From: Escherichia phage usur
Sequence record: MN850624.1
Reading direction: 5' to 3' (one strand)
Length of the DNA stretch: 41,906 nt
Part shown: one piece after another, positions 28,584 to 37,408 of the stretch
Layout of the letters: each line of letters begins with the position of its first letter
How positions within the stretch are numbered: position 1 is the stretch's first letter
Position numbers and translations under genes: made by a program
Notes under the pieces: model-generated
Told to the model about the DNA's origin: nothing
What the model saw: the letters and a program-made list of their open reading frames with translations, nothing else
Databases searched by the model: none

Positions 28584-31069
28584 ATGCTAATACCCTTACT
28601 CGTCAGGAAGTTACGTTTGAACTCCAGCACTTCTTCGGCTGTCGTCTCTACGTGATGCTTTTCGTACATGCTTGGCCCAGCTTCTACCTCTGCCGGAAAC
28701 GGAACTGTCAGGTTATATTCAGGCCAGATGTGGTTGTAGTATTCCGGGATGGATTCCATGATTGCCTTGAGTCCAACGAAGAACTCGTGAGGGCAGTCAG
28801 GTGCCACGTCGAAATAGAATGCGTCATGCACTTGGTTGATGGGAACCACACGCCCACCAAAGAAGTCATTGGCCAGCAGCCAGCGGAACAGCAGCCCACC
28901 AATTCCCTGTACCCAAAACGCTGTCTCACCCTGAATAGGATAGTTACGCATTTGAGTTGGTTTGTATTCCATCAGATAAGCACGCGCCGCCTTGTTCCAT
29001 TTCTCGTACTGACGGAATGAATAACAAGTTCCACCCGGCGAGCGGAAGTGACCACGGCGATACACCTGCCACCGTCCGTTCTCATCTTGTTCCTTGAACA
29101 CGTTGCTCTGTCCACTACGCTCAACGGCGGGGAAGATTACAGCGTCGAACCATTCTTCAACTTCCGGGAACAGACCCTTCTCGTTGTCGATGAACGCCTG
29201 TGCTTCTTCCTCCGAGCAACCAGTCGAGTAGGCAATGCCTCGCGCTGTTGCACCATACTGATAGGAGAACGCCTTTGGCTTAATGTCAGTACGCATCTGA
29301 CTGTATCGTGCATGGTCAGGATGGGTTTCATCCTTGCACTTCTTAAGCACGTCCTCGTATGGCTCATTGAGTTGAGCAGACAATCGCATACAGTGCATGT
29401 CGATACCATCGAGCAATGCACGAATCAGGTTCTTATCCTTACTGAACCCGGCCAGCCCCACCACTTCCAGTGCCGAGTAGTCAGCCTCAACGATGCGGCC
29501 ACCTTCACCAAAGCGGGAGGTGAACATCTGCTTAACTTTACTCGTACCTTTACGCGGCAGGTTCTGGCTGTTCGGTCGCTGAGATGACAGTCGCGTCGTC
29601 TCAGTCGCGGTCATGTTGATGGTGTGGTGTACGATGCTGTCCGGCTGGATGAACTGCATCATCCCCGACTGGCCAGTCACGTTGCCATCCTCATCAAACG
29701 TCTCGCTGAGGTAGTAGGTGCCGAGGTCTTTCTGCGCCTTGGCCCGGTCAGCAATCTCCACGACGCCGGGAATCTTACGAGCTGCCAGAATGTCCAGCAC
29801 CTCACCCGCCGTACTGAATACAGGAGAACCGTCAGCCAGCTTGCGCTTACCTACCCAGTCACCAGTGCGCCGGAGATATTCACCCGGACGCTTCGGGTCT
29901 TCCCACTCAAGGTTGTCGGCAATCTCCCGCGCTCGTCTGTCCTGCACACGCAGCAGACCGGGCAGCCGGAACAGTACCTCACCCCACTTGGTGTCCACCT
30001 CATCGGTCGCCAGCTTCTCAAACTTCGGCTCGCCTTTGTGCTTGCCGCTGGAGTAGATAGTCTGGTGTACCTTCTCAACCGGGTCGTACCATAACCCAGT
30101 CTCGTCATCCCATACGCATTCGCTGGTATGCTTGAGCCACTTGTCCTTGCCACGCTTGAACAGTGGTGCATCCACCTTCACGTAAATGAGATTGCCATCC
30201 CCATCTCGGCGCTCGACTCGCGCCTTGTACTTCATCACGCCGCCGAACACGAACGCGCTCATGTGATATGCAGACGTGAACTTGAATTGCTCACGCGCTT
30301 CACTCGGCATGTCGGCAGGCAGGTAGCCAAGCAGTGTCTCGGTCAGCCCACTGATTGCATCCTGTAACTCACGGCGGTTACGCTCTGCTACCTCGCGGTC
30401 AACATGCAGACCGGAGTGCATCATGTACGCCCACATGAGCATACCTTCGAACCGGGTCAGTGCCATCTGCAACATGCCCTGCTTCGTCAGCTCTGCCCAC
30501 TGACCAACGAACAGCTTGGTCGTGTTCTCAATATCCCCGGACGGCCCGGACAGATACTCGCTCAGCAGCTCAGCGTCAATCTGGCTGGTCAGATAACCTG
30601 ACTCCCACATTGCCTTGACTGCATCCACCTTGTGAGTACCACCATACTTCGGTGCTGTCTCGTTCAAGGATGGGTACTGGGATTGCTGGTGTGTCAGCAG
30701 ATACTCAGCATACGCGGTACAGAATACGCGGCCACCTCGTAAGAGGAACGCCGTGAACTCGTCACCGTAATGCTCGAACCACCAGCTCAGTTCATACGGA
30801 GCGTTGTGTGCAACCAGTATGTTCGTATCCGGGTGGAGGTGCAGGCTCTTGTTGGCCAGCCAATCCTCACGGGATGCGTACCGATATTCCTCACGCTTGT
30901 AGAACTCCCAGCCATCCTTGGTCAGCACACAGTCGCGCTGTCCCTGCATCACCACGTAGTTGTCAGGGCAGCGCGGCGATGCCAGCTCCCCATACCACTC
31001 ATGGTTCTCAGTTTCAACGTCGATAATCTGTGCTCGAATAGCCATCAATCCCCCGCTATGCTTTGCCAC
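28580..31069 (-). CDS. DNA polymerase, family A, with 3'-5' exonuclease domain
   Basis: 829 aa; 'IIDVETE' (exo I), 'DYSALEVV' (motif A), 'KAFSYQYGATA' (motif B), 'QVHDAFYFD' (motif C). Confidence 0.9.
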   Translation of the reverse strand: MAKHSGGLMAIRAQIIDVETENHEWYGELASPRCPDNYVVMQGQRDCVLTKDGWEFYKREEYRYASREDWLANKSLHLHPDTNILVAHNAPYELSWWFEHYGDEFTAFLLRGGRVFCTAYAEYLLTHQQSQYPSLNETAPKYGGTHKVDAVKAMWESGYLTSQIDAELLSEYLSGPSGDIENTTKLFVGQWAELTKQGMLQMALTRFEGMLMWAYMMHSGLHVDREVAERNRRELQDAISGLTETLLGYLPADMPSEAREQFKFTSAYHMSAFVFGGVMKYKARVERRDGDGNLIYVKVDAPLFKRGKDKWLKHTSECVWDDETGLWYDPVEKVHQTIYSSGKHKGEPKFEKLATDEVDTKWGEVLFRLPGLLRVQDRRAREIADNLEWEDPKRPGEYLRRTGDWVGKRKLADGSPVFSTAGEVLDILAARKIPGVVEIADRAKAQKDLGTYYLSETFDEDGNVTGQSGMMQFIQPDSIVHHTINMTATETTRLSSQRPNSQNLPRKGTSKVKQMFTSRFGEGGRIVEADYSALEVVGLAGFSKDKNLIRALLDGIDMHCMRLSAQLNEPYEDVLKKCKDETHPDHARYSQMRTDIKPKAFSYQYGATARGIAYSTGCSEEEAQAFIDNEKGLFPEVEEWFDAVIFPAVERSGQSNVFKEQDENGRWQVYRRGHFRSPGGTCYSFRQYEKWNKAARAYLMEYKPTQMRNYPIQGETAFWVQGIGGLLFRWLLANDFFGGRVVPINQVHDAFYFDVAPDCPHEFFVGLKAIMESIPEYYNHIWPEYNLTVPFPAEVEAGPSMYEKHHVETTAEEVLEFKRNFLTSKGISI

Positions 31070-31739
31070 CTAAGTGGTCGGGCATACGATTAACGTATGC
31101 TTCAATGGCTGGCAGATACTTTTCGTGCTTCTCCAGCATGTAGGCCACACGACTCAGGCTGGCATCCGGTCGGCAGACACGGAGGGTCAGCAGGTCATCG
31201 TAGCTTTCTACCAGACTGGCCAGTGCCGGGAACCACTGCACATCTTCGGCAGTCAGGTTCGGCTCATACGGGTACGCCATGAACTCGCCGGGGTCGCGGC
31301 TGTACTGGCCGGAGTAACGCGGGATACTGGACGGGAAGTAGAACTGGTTCAGGTTGAAGTCGAACTCGTTCAGTACCTGCGACCAGCACCCACACTTACT
31401 GATAATCACATCGACCGGGCCAATCTTATACACACCCCACAGACGGGAGCCGAAGTCGCCACCCTCTGCTGCATCGTGGTAGCTCGGCATGTACTCATAC
31501 GACAGCTCGTTCTGCTTGGCGTAGTCCTCCAGTCTGGAGTCCAGCCAGTCCAGTCGGCCAGCCACACGGCTCACATCACCACCCCAACCAAAGACCACAA
31601 TGTCGTAGTCCTTCGGCTCAACACCCAGCGCGGTATCCCTTGCCCCTCCCCCGGCAACCACGAAGTTCAGTTCTTCGGATTGCAGCAGACGGCAGATATC
31701 TTCTGCCCACACGCGCTTAGCTTCGGCATTACTTATCAT
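31056..31739 (-). CDS. Pol-beta-superfamily nucleotidyltransferase, tRNA-NT/poly(A) polymerase head-like
   Basis: 'FVVAGGGARDTALGVEPKDYDIVVFG' closely matches the class II tRNA nucleotidyltransferase signature GG-x-VRD-x-LLG...D-x-D. Start set at ATG 31739 (RBS AAGGGGAAA); the ORF-track start at 31880 is a GTG that overlaps the upstream gene. Confidence 0.55.
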   Translation of the reverse strand: MISNAEAKRVWAEDICRLLQSEELNFVVAGGGARDTALGVEPKDYDIVVFGWGGDVSRVAGRLDWLDSRLEDYAKQNELSYEYMPSYHDAAEGGDFGSRLWGVYKIGPVDVIISKCGCWSQVLNEFDFNLNQFYFPSSIPRYSGQYSRDPGEFMAYPYEPNLTAEDVQWFPALASLVESYDDLLTLRVCRPDASLSRVAYMLEKHEKYLPAIEAYVNRMPDHLGGKA

Positions 31740-31920
31740 GCTTCTGTTTCCCCTTACGATAGGTGAAGTTAACCACAGCCACGATATCTTCGGGTGCCAC
31801 GTTGTAACGCTCACCCAATGCTTCCTCCCCACGGAACGCATCACCCTTCCGGTACTGCGCCCGGATGGTGTCTTGTTCACGCTGGGTTAAGGGTGCTGCT
31901 CGATACACCTTGTCTTCCAT
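31729..31920 (-). CDS. hypothetical small protein (possible HTH)
   Basis: ATG at 31920 preceded by GGAG; 'LTQREQDTIRAQY...ALGERYNVAPEDIVAVV' loosely resembles a sigma region-4 type HTH. The ORF-track start at 31944 is GTG. Confidence 0.4.
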   Translation of the reverse strand: MEDKVYRAAPLTQREQDTIRAQYRKGDAFRGEEALGERYNVAPEDIVAVVNFTYRKGKQKHDK

Positions 31921-32039
31921 ACTGCTTAGCTCCACACTTTTCACACTCGTAAATCACCAGCGGTTTGCCAGTGGCTTTGCCCTTGACCTGCTCAACCAGC
32001 AGGCATCCGCCGCAAGAGCAACGGCGATAGCTGCGCCCC
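31877..32039 (-). CDS. possible small zinc-ribbon protein (not in ORF track; overlaps the previous feature in another frame)
   Basis: Hand translation from a GTG start: ...RRCSCGGCLLVEQVKGKATGKPLVIYECEKCGAKQYGRQ..., a four-Cys CxC/CxxC arrangement. The start overlaps the upstream stop (GTGA). Only one of the two overlapping small ORFs is likely real. Confidence 0.25.
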
Positions 32040-32040
32040 T

Positions 32041-32385
32041 TCACCACTTACTCGGCTTGCTGCCGGGCAGGTAGCTGGTCGTAGGCTTACGCTCAACGTA
32101 CTGATTGTACTTGGCCATGGCATCACACGCCGCCTGATACAGACGCTCAGCCTCAGCGTAGCTCCAGTCCTCATCAGTGGTCGTCGGCTCCGGCACCTCA
32201 ACCAGCAGCTCCCAGCACTCAGGCCGTGCAGTCCACGAGCCATAGATACCGGAACCGCGAGAGCCATCATCACGCTTGATGCTGATACACTTGCTGTCAA
32301 TATCAACCACAGTACCAGTCGCGCCACAGTGTACGCTCTTGGTGTCACAGTTACGAACTCGGTCGCCTACCTTAAGCACGCTCAT
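32041..32385 (-). CDS. hypothetical protein
   Basis: 114 aa starting MSVLKVGDRVRN; start overlaps the helicase stop. Confidence 0.5.
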   Translation of the reverse strand: MSVLKVGDRVRNCDTKSVHCGATGTVVDIDSKCISIKRDDGSRGSGIYGSWTARPECWELLVEVPEPTTTDEDWSYAEAERLYQAACDAMAKYNQYVERKPTTSYLPGSKPSKW

Positions 32386-33650
32386 TACATATCCTCGAAT
32401 TGGCAGCGGTCAGCAAAGAAGTGAACCTGCGACCGCACGTTGGATGGACGCCCAGCAATCTGGCGTTTGTTCTTCGGAGTGCTGACGCCTCGCCGCGCTG
32501 CCAGCGATGGGTCATCCACGCTGCCGAGCATGACGATAACATCAGTCGCACCTTGGATACCAGTCTTGGAATCCTTGAGTGCGTCCAGTGCAGGGAACAT
32601 ATCATCCTTACCATCGGCTGATACCTGCACCGTGGCCATTGATACGAAGTCATGGCGCACAGCCAGCTCACGTACCTCCTGCCATAGCTGCTCAACCTGC
32701 GACGCCTTGTTGCTGTTGGCATCGGAGACAGACAGCTTGAAGTTAGCCAACATATCCCACACCACAACACATGGGTTCATCGCTTCGATAACCTGCTCAG
32801 CTTTCGCCAGCGATGCGCCGTGCATGTCCTTCACACGAATGATGTTGGCTGGCGCACCCAGCGCTTTGGCATACGCAGCGTGCAGCTTAGCCCTGTCCTC
32901 TCCCAGCTCTTTCAGTTCCGGGAGCGTGCAGTTGAGCGCCGCTTGGTAGATGCGCGGGATGATGTTGATGCCCTGCCCTTCGTTGTTGAACCAGAGGATT
33001 GGCCTGCCCGGATAGAGCTTCGCTGCTGTCGCCGCCATTCGCGTAAGGTTAAACGCGATGAAGGAAGTCTTTCCGCTGTCAGGTCGAGCACCGATGGCAA
33101 CGGAGTCGCCGGGTAGAAGTACGCGAACGCTGTCTTGCAGGCAGAGCAGACCGAACTTGAGGCCGTGATTATCATCCGTCCGGTTGAGAATATCAACCAC
33201 ATCATCGTCCACGTAATCAGTGACAGATGACTGCCCCCGGCTGCGACGTGCGCCCTCAGCAAGACGGCCCAGCTCATAGATAATATCCAGTTCCTCACCA
33301 TTGTCGTACCTCTGCATTAGCAGGTTAGCACGGCCAGCGGTATCCAACTCGACGAGCTGGTCAAGCACACCTTCCTTCTGTTCCTTCGTTGGCTTGTACT
33401 CTCGAAGCTGCGAGCACAACGAATCAAAGGCTGCCATCTGTTCAGGCGTGCTGCCTGTCTTTAAACGAACGTGCGTACCCAGCGTGTCAATGTCAATGTA
33501 GTCACTGTCCGGGAACGCATCAAAGTATGAGCCGTAAGCCTTGAGCATATAGCTCGTGGTCTGGCTCATCGTATCTTCCGGGATGGCGTGTCGCAGGGAG
33601 TTGAACTTCCCGCGCTCGCGCATCACCGTTAACAACAGCTTGTCAAGCAC
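32385..33650 (-). CDS. DnaB-like replicative DNA helicase
   Basis: 421 aa; Walker A 'GARPDSGKTSF'; position after the primase as in phiKMV-like phages. Confidence 0.85.
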   Translation of the reverse strand: MLDKLLLTVMRERGKFNSLRHAIPEDTMSQTTSYMLKAYGSYFDAFPDSDYIDIDTLGTHVRLKTGSTPEQMAAFDSLCSQLREYKPTKEQKEGVLDQLVELDTAGRANLLMQRYDNGEELDIIYELGRLAEGARRSRGQSSVTDYVDDDVVDILNRTDDNHGLKFGLLCLQDSVRVLLPGDSVAIGARPDSGKTSFIAFNLTRMAATAAKLYPGRPILWFNNEGQGINIIPRIYQAALNCTLPELKELGEDRAKLHAAYAKALGAPANIIRVKDMHGASLAKAEQVIEAMNPCVVVWDMLANFKLSVSDANSNKASQVEQLWQEVRELAVRHDFVSMATVQVSADGKDDMFPALDALKDSKTGIQGATDVIVMLGSVDDPSLAARRGVSTPKNKRQIAGRPSNVRSQVHFFADRCQFEDM

Positions 33651-33651
33651 A

Positions 33652-34359
33652 TCACTCTCCTACGATTAGCACATGGCCTACGATGCGCAGTTCTCTGCGC
33701 AGCCTCTGTGCCGATGGGTGGTGGTAGATGTTCACTCGCTGGTAGCCATAGGCCAATGCCACACTGACCAGCGCCTGCACTGTACTGTCATCCACGTTGG
33801 GAACGAACGCACAGTTGCCACCTCCACGCACAGCCGTCAGATAATCAGCCGCCTCAGCATAGATGCTGAGGGTATGGTTGTCATCATATGGGCCGTACAC
33901 CTTCATCGCCAAGCTATGCTTATGCGGCGAGCGCCACGGGATGAACTGCCGCCCGGTGTAGTCCAGACCACAGTAGCTGCCCGTGTCGTCCGGCAGATAC
34001 AGCCTGCCATACGTTGGGCTTGCAGTCAGGAGTGACAGGTGCGGCATCAGGTTCTCCCGCTCCAGCACTGGCAGCAGCAGCCGTGGCTGCTTGGCAATCA
34101 CCTCAGTGATAGGCACCACATCAGTCGGCACCTTCACCTGCACCTCGGCTGGCGGCACATACACAGCGTGAGTCAGGTCACGCTTCTGGCTGTACCCACA
34201 GCGGTGGCACTTGCACCAGATGTAATCCGGCGCACGGCCATACTCGAAGTTGGTCTTATTGAATGACCGCGAGCAACTGTGAAACGTCCTTCGCTTTTGT
34301 CCTACAGGCAGACGCTTCGCCAGCTCCGGCCACTCGTCGTTGCTCACTGATTTCATCAT
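33652..34359 (-). CDS. DNA primase (zinc-binding), putative
   Basis: 235 aa with a Cys/His cluster 'HSCSRSF...CKCHRCG' near the N-terminus; immediately upstream of the helicase. Confidence 0.55.
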   Translation of the reverse strand: MMKSVSNDEWPELAKRLPVGQKRRTFHSCSRSFNKTNFEYGRAPDYIWCKCHRCGYSQKRDLTHAVYVPPAEVQVKVPTDVVPITEVIAKQPRLLLPVLERENLMPHLSLLTASPTYGRLYLPDDTGSYCGLDYTGRQFIPWRSPHKHSLAMKVYGPYDDNHTLSIYAEAADYLTAVRGGGNCAFVPNVDDSTVQALVSVALAYGYQRVNIYHHPSAQRLRRELRIVGHVLIVGE

Positions 34360-34796
34360 TCGTTATCCCAGTCCGGTATGTACTGAATCTTCTTCTTCAT
34401 CTTCACGCTGGCTACAACTTGTAGCACACGGACAGTACCACCGTGGCGCTCTGCCAGACGCTCAGCTTCATCCCGCGCTTCACGTTCAGTGATGTGCTCA
34501 ATCTTCGGCGGCGTGCTGCCACCCTCAAGCAGACACATGAACCGACCGCGCTTCTGCGCCGGGGTACTGACCAGACTGGTGTTGTCCTCCAGCCAATCAG
34601 ATTTGTAGTGGCTGATATCCGGCTGCGCATTCAAGCGCTCACCAATCCAGCTCACGATGTAACGAGTCTCCCCGCTGCGCTCCCACGCTCGGCGGTCAGG
34701 GTTAACCCATGCGATGATACCCAGCTTACCCGACCGGGTGCCAGTGCCATCGTCGCCTACGATTTCATCCCCGACTTTGTACTTTGGCTTTACCAT
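34356..34796 (-). CDS. hypothetical protein
   Basis: 146 aa, tightly packed in the operon. Confidence 0.5.
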   Translation of the reverse strand: MVKPKYKVGDEIVGDDGTGTRSGKLGIIAWVNPDRRAWERSGETRYIVSWIGERLNAQPDISHYKSDWLEDNTSLVSTPAQKRGRFMCLLEGGSTPPKIEHITEREARDEAERLAERHGGTVRVLQVVASVKMKKKIQYIPDWDNE

Positions 34797-34990
34797 TTAA
34801 TCCACCCCTTACTCCAGCCAATGTCAATGCACTTGGACATGCCAACTGCGCCAACAACAAAGCCCAGCAGCGTACCAATTACAGAGGTAAGCTGTTCTCC
34901 AATGTAAGGCTGAATAAGATAGGCAACACCTACCCACAACGCGCCCCACAATATAACGACGACTACGAATAACATTAATACTCGGAACAT
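34790..34990 (-). CDS. small membrane protein (two TM helices)
   Basis: 66 aa, 'MFRVLMLFVVVVILWGALWVGVAYLI...'; strong RBS GGAGGAAAT before the ATG; first gene after the promoter-like element at 35008-35025. Confidence 0.5.
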   Translation of the reverse strand: MFRVLMLFVVVVILWGALWVGVAYLIQPYIGEQLTSVIGTLLGFVVGAVGMSKCIDIGWSKGWIKW

Positions 34991-35007
34991 ATTTCCTCCA
35001 CGTTGGC

Positions 35008-35030
35008 CAATATAGTAGCTTTCATAATGC
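35008..35030 (-). promoter_or_regulatory. conserved element B, candidate phage-RNAP promoter (middle genes)
   Basis: Minus strand reads ATGAAAGCTACTATATTGGCC, same 15-nt core as element A; 226-bp intergenic gap at the early/DNA-metabolism boundary. Confidence 0.35.
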
Positions 35031-35173
35031 CAGCTAAATAATAACTGGCATGAGTAAGATACTAAGCTGGAATAATATTCCGCATAATACGTTGAAGGTC
35101 TTCGAGTTTACTCTCGGCTTCCCACTTTGTATCACGCACAGCCAAAGGTTTATTTGGTTGCAGCTTATCAACT

Positions 35174-35197
35174 ACCCACCAGAATAATCCGGTGGGT
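35174..35197 (-). terminator. stem-loop 19 nt after the last early gene; possible early terminator or processing site
   Basis: Perfect 7-bp stem ACCCACC/GGTGGGT with 10-nt loop; no clear U-tract on the transcribed strand. Confidence 0.25.
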
Positions 35198-35215
35198 GAT
35201 TTGGTTACGGTGAGA

Positions 35216-35731
35216 TTAGTGACGGGTTGCATTCTTGGCCTGCTGCATTGCCTGAATTAATTCACCCACCTGACCACTGACTGCACGGATGGTTGCGTCG
35301 ATGAACTCACCAACGAACAGCAGGCCCAGCGTCGTCTCACTGATATCGCTTGGCACATTAGCGCACGCCATGTACCAGTCGTGATAGCGCTCAGCAATGT
35401 CCGGTTCCGACATGGCCTTAGCTGCGAGCGTACCAGTCAGGCGCAACGTCTCAACCTCAGCCGCATTGCCCTGCTCACTGGCACGCTTCACGTTCATGCC
35501 AATCAGCACGCTAACGTTGCGTGCCAGCAGCGCTCCGGTTCTGGTCTGCGGGATAATGTCCAGCATACCTTCGCGGCCTTTGCGCACCGCGCCGATGTAA
35601 CTTTGCTTCGGCAGGTAGCCACCCTTGAACTCAACCAGTTCGCTCAGCTCCGGGTGGTTGTCGATGAACTCAGCCAGAGACTTGACAGTTTCGAGCTGCT
35701 CTGCGTTGAATAATTTAAAGTCAATAGCCAT
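35216..35731 (-). CDS. hypothetical early protein
   Basis: 171 aa, last gene of the early block. Confidence 0.5.
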   Translation of the reverse strand: MAIDFKLFNAEQLETVKSLAEFIDNHPELSELVEFKGGYLPKQSYIGAVRKGREGMLDIIPQTRTGALLARNVSVLIGMNVKRASEQGNAAEVETLRLTGTLAAKAMSEPDIAERYHDWYMACANVPSDISETTLGLLFVGEFIDATIRAVSGQVGELIQAMQQAKNATRH

Positions 35732-35733
35732 GA

Positions 35734-36027
35734 TTACTTTCCTTCTTTCAGTGTGCGGATTGTGAACTCGTCGTCTTCAAACGCCTGCCATTCACGTTCA
35801 GGGCTATGCCCCAGCTTGGTTACAACCAGTCGGCTGCCGTCATATTCAACGGCACCGATGCGCTGGATGTACCCACCATATGCTACAACGTAGTCGCCCA
35901 GCTTAAGCTCCTGCGTTTTCTTCTCGACGTATGTGAACGGCGAGTCGTCGTGGTCAGGGGTAGGCGGTGGCCCGAAGCTATCCTTCACCCACTGTACCAG
36001 CGCATCCCACTTAGCACTTCTGCTCAT
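35734..36027 (-). CDS. hypothetical early protein
   Basis: 97 aa from ATG 36027 (RBS GAGAGGTG); the ORF-track N-terminal extension overlaps the upstream gene. Confidence 0.5.
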   Translation of the reverse strand: MSRSAKWDALVQWVKDSFGPPPTPDHDDSPFTYVEKKTQELKLGDYVVAYGGYIQRIGAVEYDGSRLVVTKLGHSPEREWQAFEDDEFTIRTLKEGK

Positions 36028-36028
36028 G

Positions 36029-36313
36029 TTACACCTCTCTTTTCTCCAGCCATTCTTGCGCGGCTGCATACGCATCCTCATAACTAATGAAGCCATCGAA
36101 CTCATCACCCGCTGGTGTGAGGAAGCACCAGTCGAGCTTCACATTAGGATTGCCACGAGCAAAGATAACGCAGGGGAACACACCGCCTACGCTGTGACCA
36201 CGCAGGCCACCGTTGCCAGAGAGATGACCACGGGTAGCTGCGACCCCGCGCTTTTCAACCGCCGCCCGGATATCAGCAGCGTGTTCAATGATTGATTCGG
36301 ATGCCAGTACCAT
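36029..36313 (-). CDS. hypothetical early protein
   Basis: 94 aa ORF on the gene strand. Confidence 0.5.
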   Translation of the reverse strand: MVLASESIIEHAADIRAAVEKRGVAATRGHLSGNGGLRGHSVGGVFPCVIFARGNPNVKLDWCFLTPAGDEFDGFISYEDAYAAAQEWLEKREV

Positions 36314-36322
36314 GATGTTACC

Positions 36323-36787
36323 TCACTGTATGGTTATGGTTTTATGCAACACTTTCTGATATCGAAATATCTCCACTTTGTCACAGCCGTGTACCGCTTG
36401 CTGCCAAGCGTAAGCCAAAGCCTCAGCCTCTGTATCAAAATGCTTGGTGCCTACCATGAAACCAAGGTACGGCTCAGCAACCTCGGCTCTTTTCACAGGC
36501 TTATGGCACACAGCTATGGCATTGTCATCTTCCAGTAAGCCAGCGTCGTATAGCTTTTCCCACACCAGAACAGCACCGCTTACCTTGTTGTTCGGGCCAC
36601 CTTTGTACTGCTGCCTGACAAAAGGATAGTCAGGGTAGTGCGTCAACAAGGTGACGTACTTAGGTATCCCATCAGCCAAACCCTCTTTCAGTTTCTGGCA
36701 CACCTCGCGTTTAAACCAAGTAGCGTACACATTGTCCACTCGGTTCTGCCGCCGTGTTGTTCCCAGCACACCGCGTAACAATTCCAT
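36323..36787 (-). CDS. hypothetical early protein
   Basis: 154 aa from ATG 36787 with RBS GGAGG; the ORF-track start (36799) lacks an RBS. Confidence 0.5.
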   Translation of the reverse strand: MELLRGVLGTTRRQNRVDNVYATWFKREVCQKLKEGLADGIPKYVTLLTHYPDYPFVRQQYKGGPNNKVSGAVLVWEKLYDAGLLEDDNAIAVCHKPVKRAEVAEPYLGFMVGTKHFDTEAEALAYAWQQAVHGCDKVEIFRYQKVLHKTITIQ

Positions 36788-36813
36788 ATCTACCTCCATC
36801 GTTTGATAATGAC

Positions 36814-36838
36814 ACTGCCCCCGGCACGCAGGGGCAGT
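36814..36838 (-). promoter_or_regulatory. GC-rich stem-loop in early intergenic region
   Basis: Perfect 8-bp stem ACTGCCCC/GGGGCAGT with 9-nt loop, between two early genes and ~20 nt upstream of an RBS. Confidence 0.35.
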
Positions 36839-36844
36839 AGCTTA

Positions 36845-37090
36845 TCACACTTCAATAGTCCCGGCCAGTTCATACGGGCCGAAGCGATTGATGACAGCCT
36901 GCGACTTGACATGCGTGCGGTTAGCTTCGAAGCCTGCACGCTTGGTGGTTGCGATGCGCTGCACATCAGCCAGTGTCTCAGCCGCCGCGCCATTCATTGC
37001 AATCACATCGACCGGGGCTACAATCTCCTGCCCTTCCGGTACGATAGTCCAGTCACCTTCGCCGTCTTTGTATACGTCATACTTAGCCAT
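36845..37090 (-). CDS. hypothetical early protein
   Basis: 81 aa; preceded by GAGAGGCAAGC-ATG. Confidence 0.5.
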   Translation of the reverse strand: MAKYDVYKDGEGDWTIVPEGQEIVAPVDVIAMNGAAAETLADVQRIATTKRAGFEANRTHVKSQAVINRFGPYELAGTIEV

Positions 37091-37148
37091 GCTTGCCTCT
37101 CATTTATTTGGTAGTGAAACAGCCCCTGCAAGCAGAGGCTGTAGATTA

Positions 37149-37400
37149 TTACTCGACGAACTTGAATGACTTACCTTCATGGTAGTCAATGTGTGCGCCA
37201 GCTAAGTCACCCACTTCATCACGGAAACTGACCGAGCGCTTGTCAACTTCATCCCCTTCGGCGTCCACCTCGCCCGGTTCGAGGATGAGTACATCGTACT
37301 CTTTACCCTCGACGGTATCGAGGAACGGACAGAAGGTGCCGAACGGAGTAGGACGGCCATAGTCGTTGCGCAGAATTACAATCTTAGCTTGAGTGCTCAT
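37149..37400 (-). CDS. hypothetical early protein
   Basis: 83 aa from ATG 37400 with RBS GAGG. Confidence 0.5.
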   Translation of the reverse strand: MSTQAKIVILRNDYGRPTPFGTFCPFLDTVEGKEYDVLILEPGEVDAEGDEVDKRSVSFRDEVGDLAGAHIDYHEGKSFKFVE

Positions 37401-37408
37401 ATAAAACC

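Noticed and set aside
31992-32348. 118-aa minus-strand ORF overlapping the 114-aa gene in another frame
   Set aside because: Arg/Ser/Leu-rich alternative frame of the better-supported 32041-32385 gene; no RBS or motifs.
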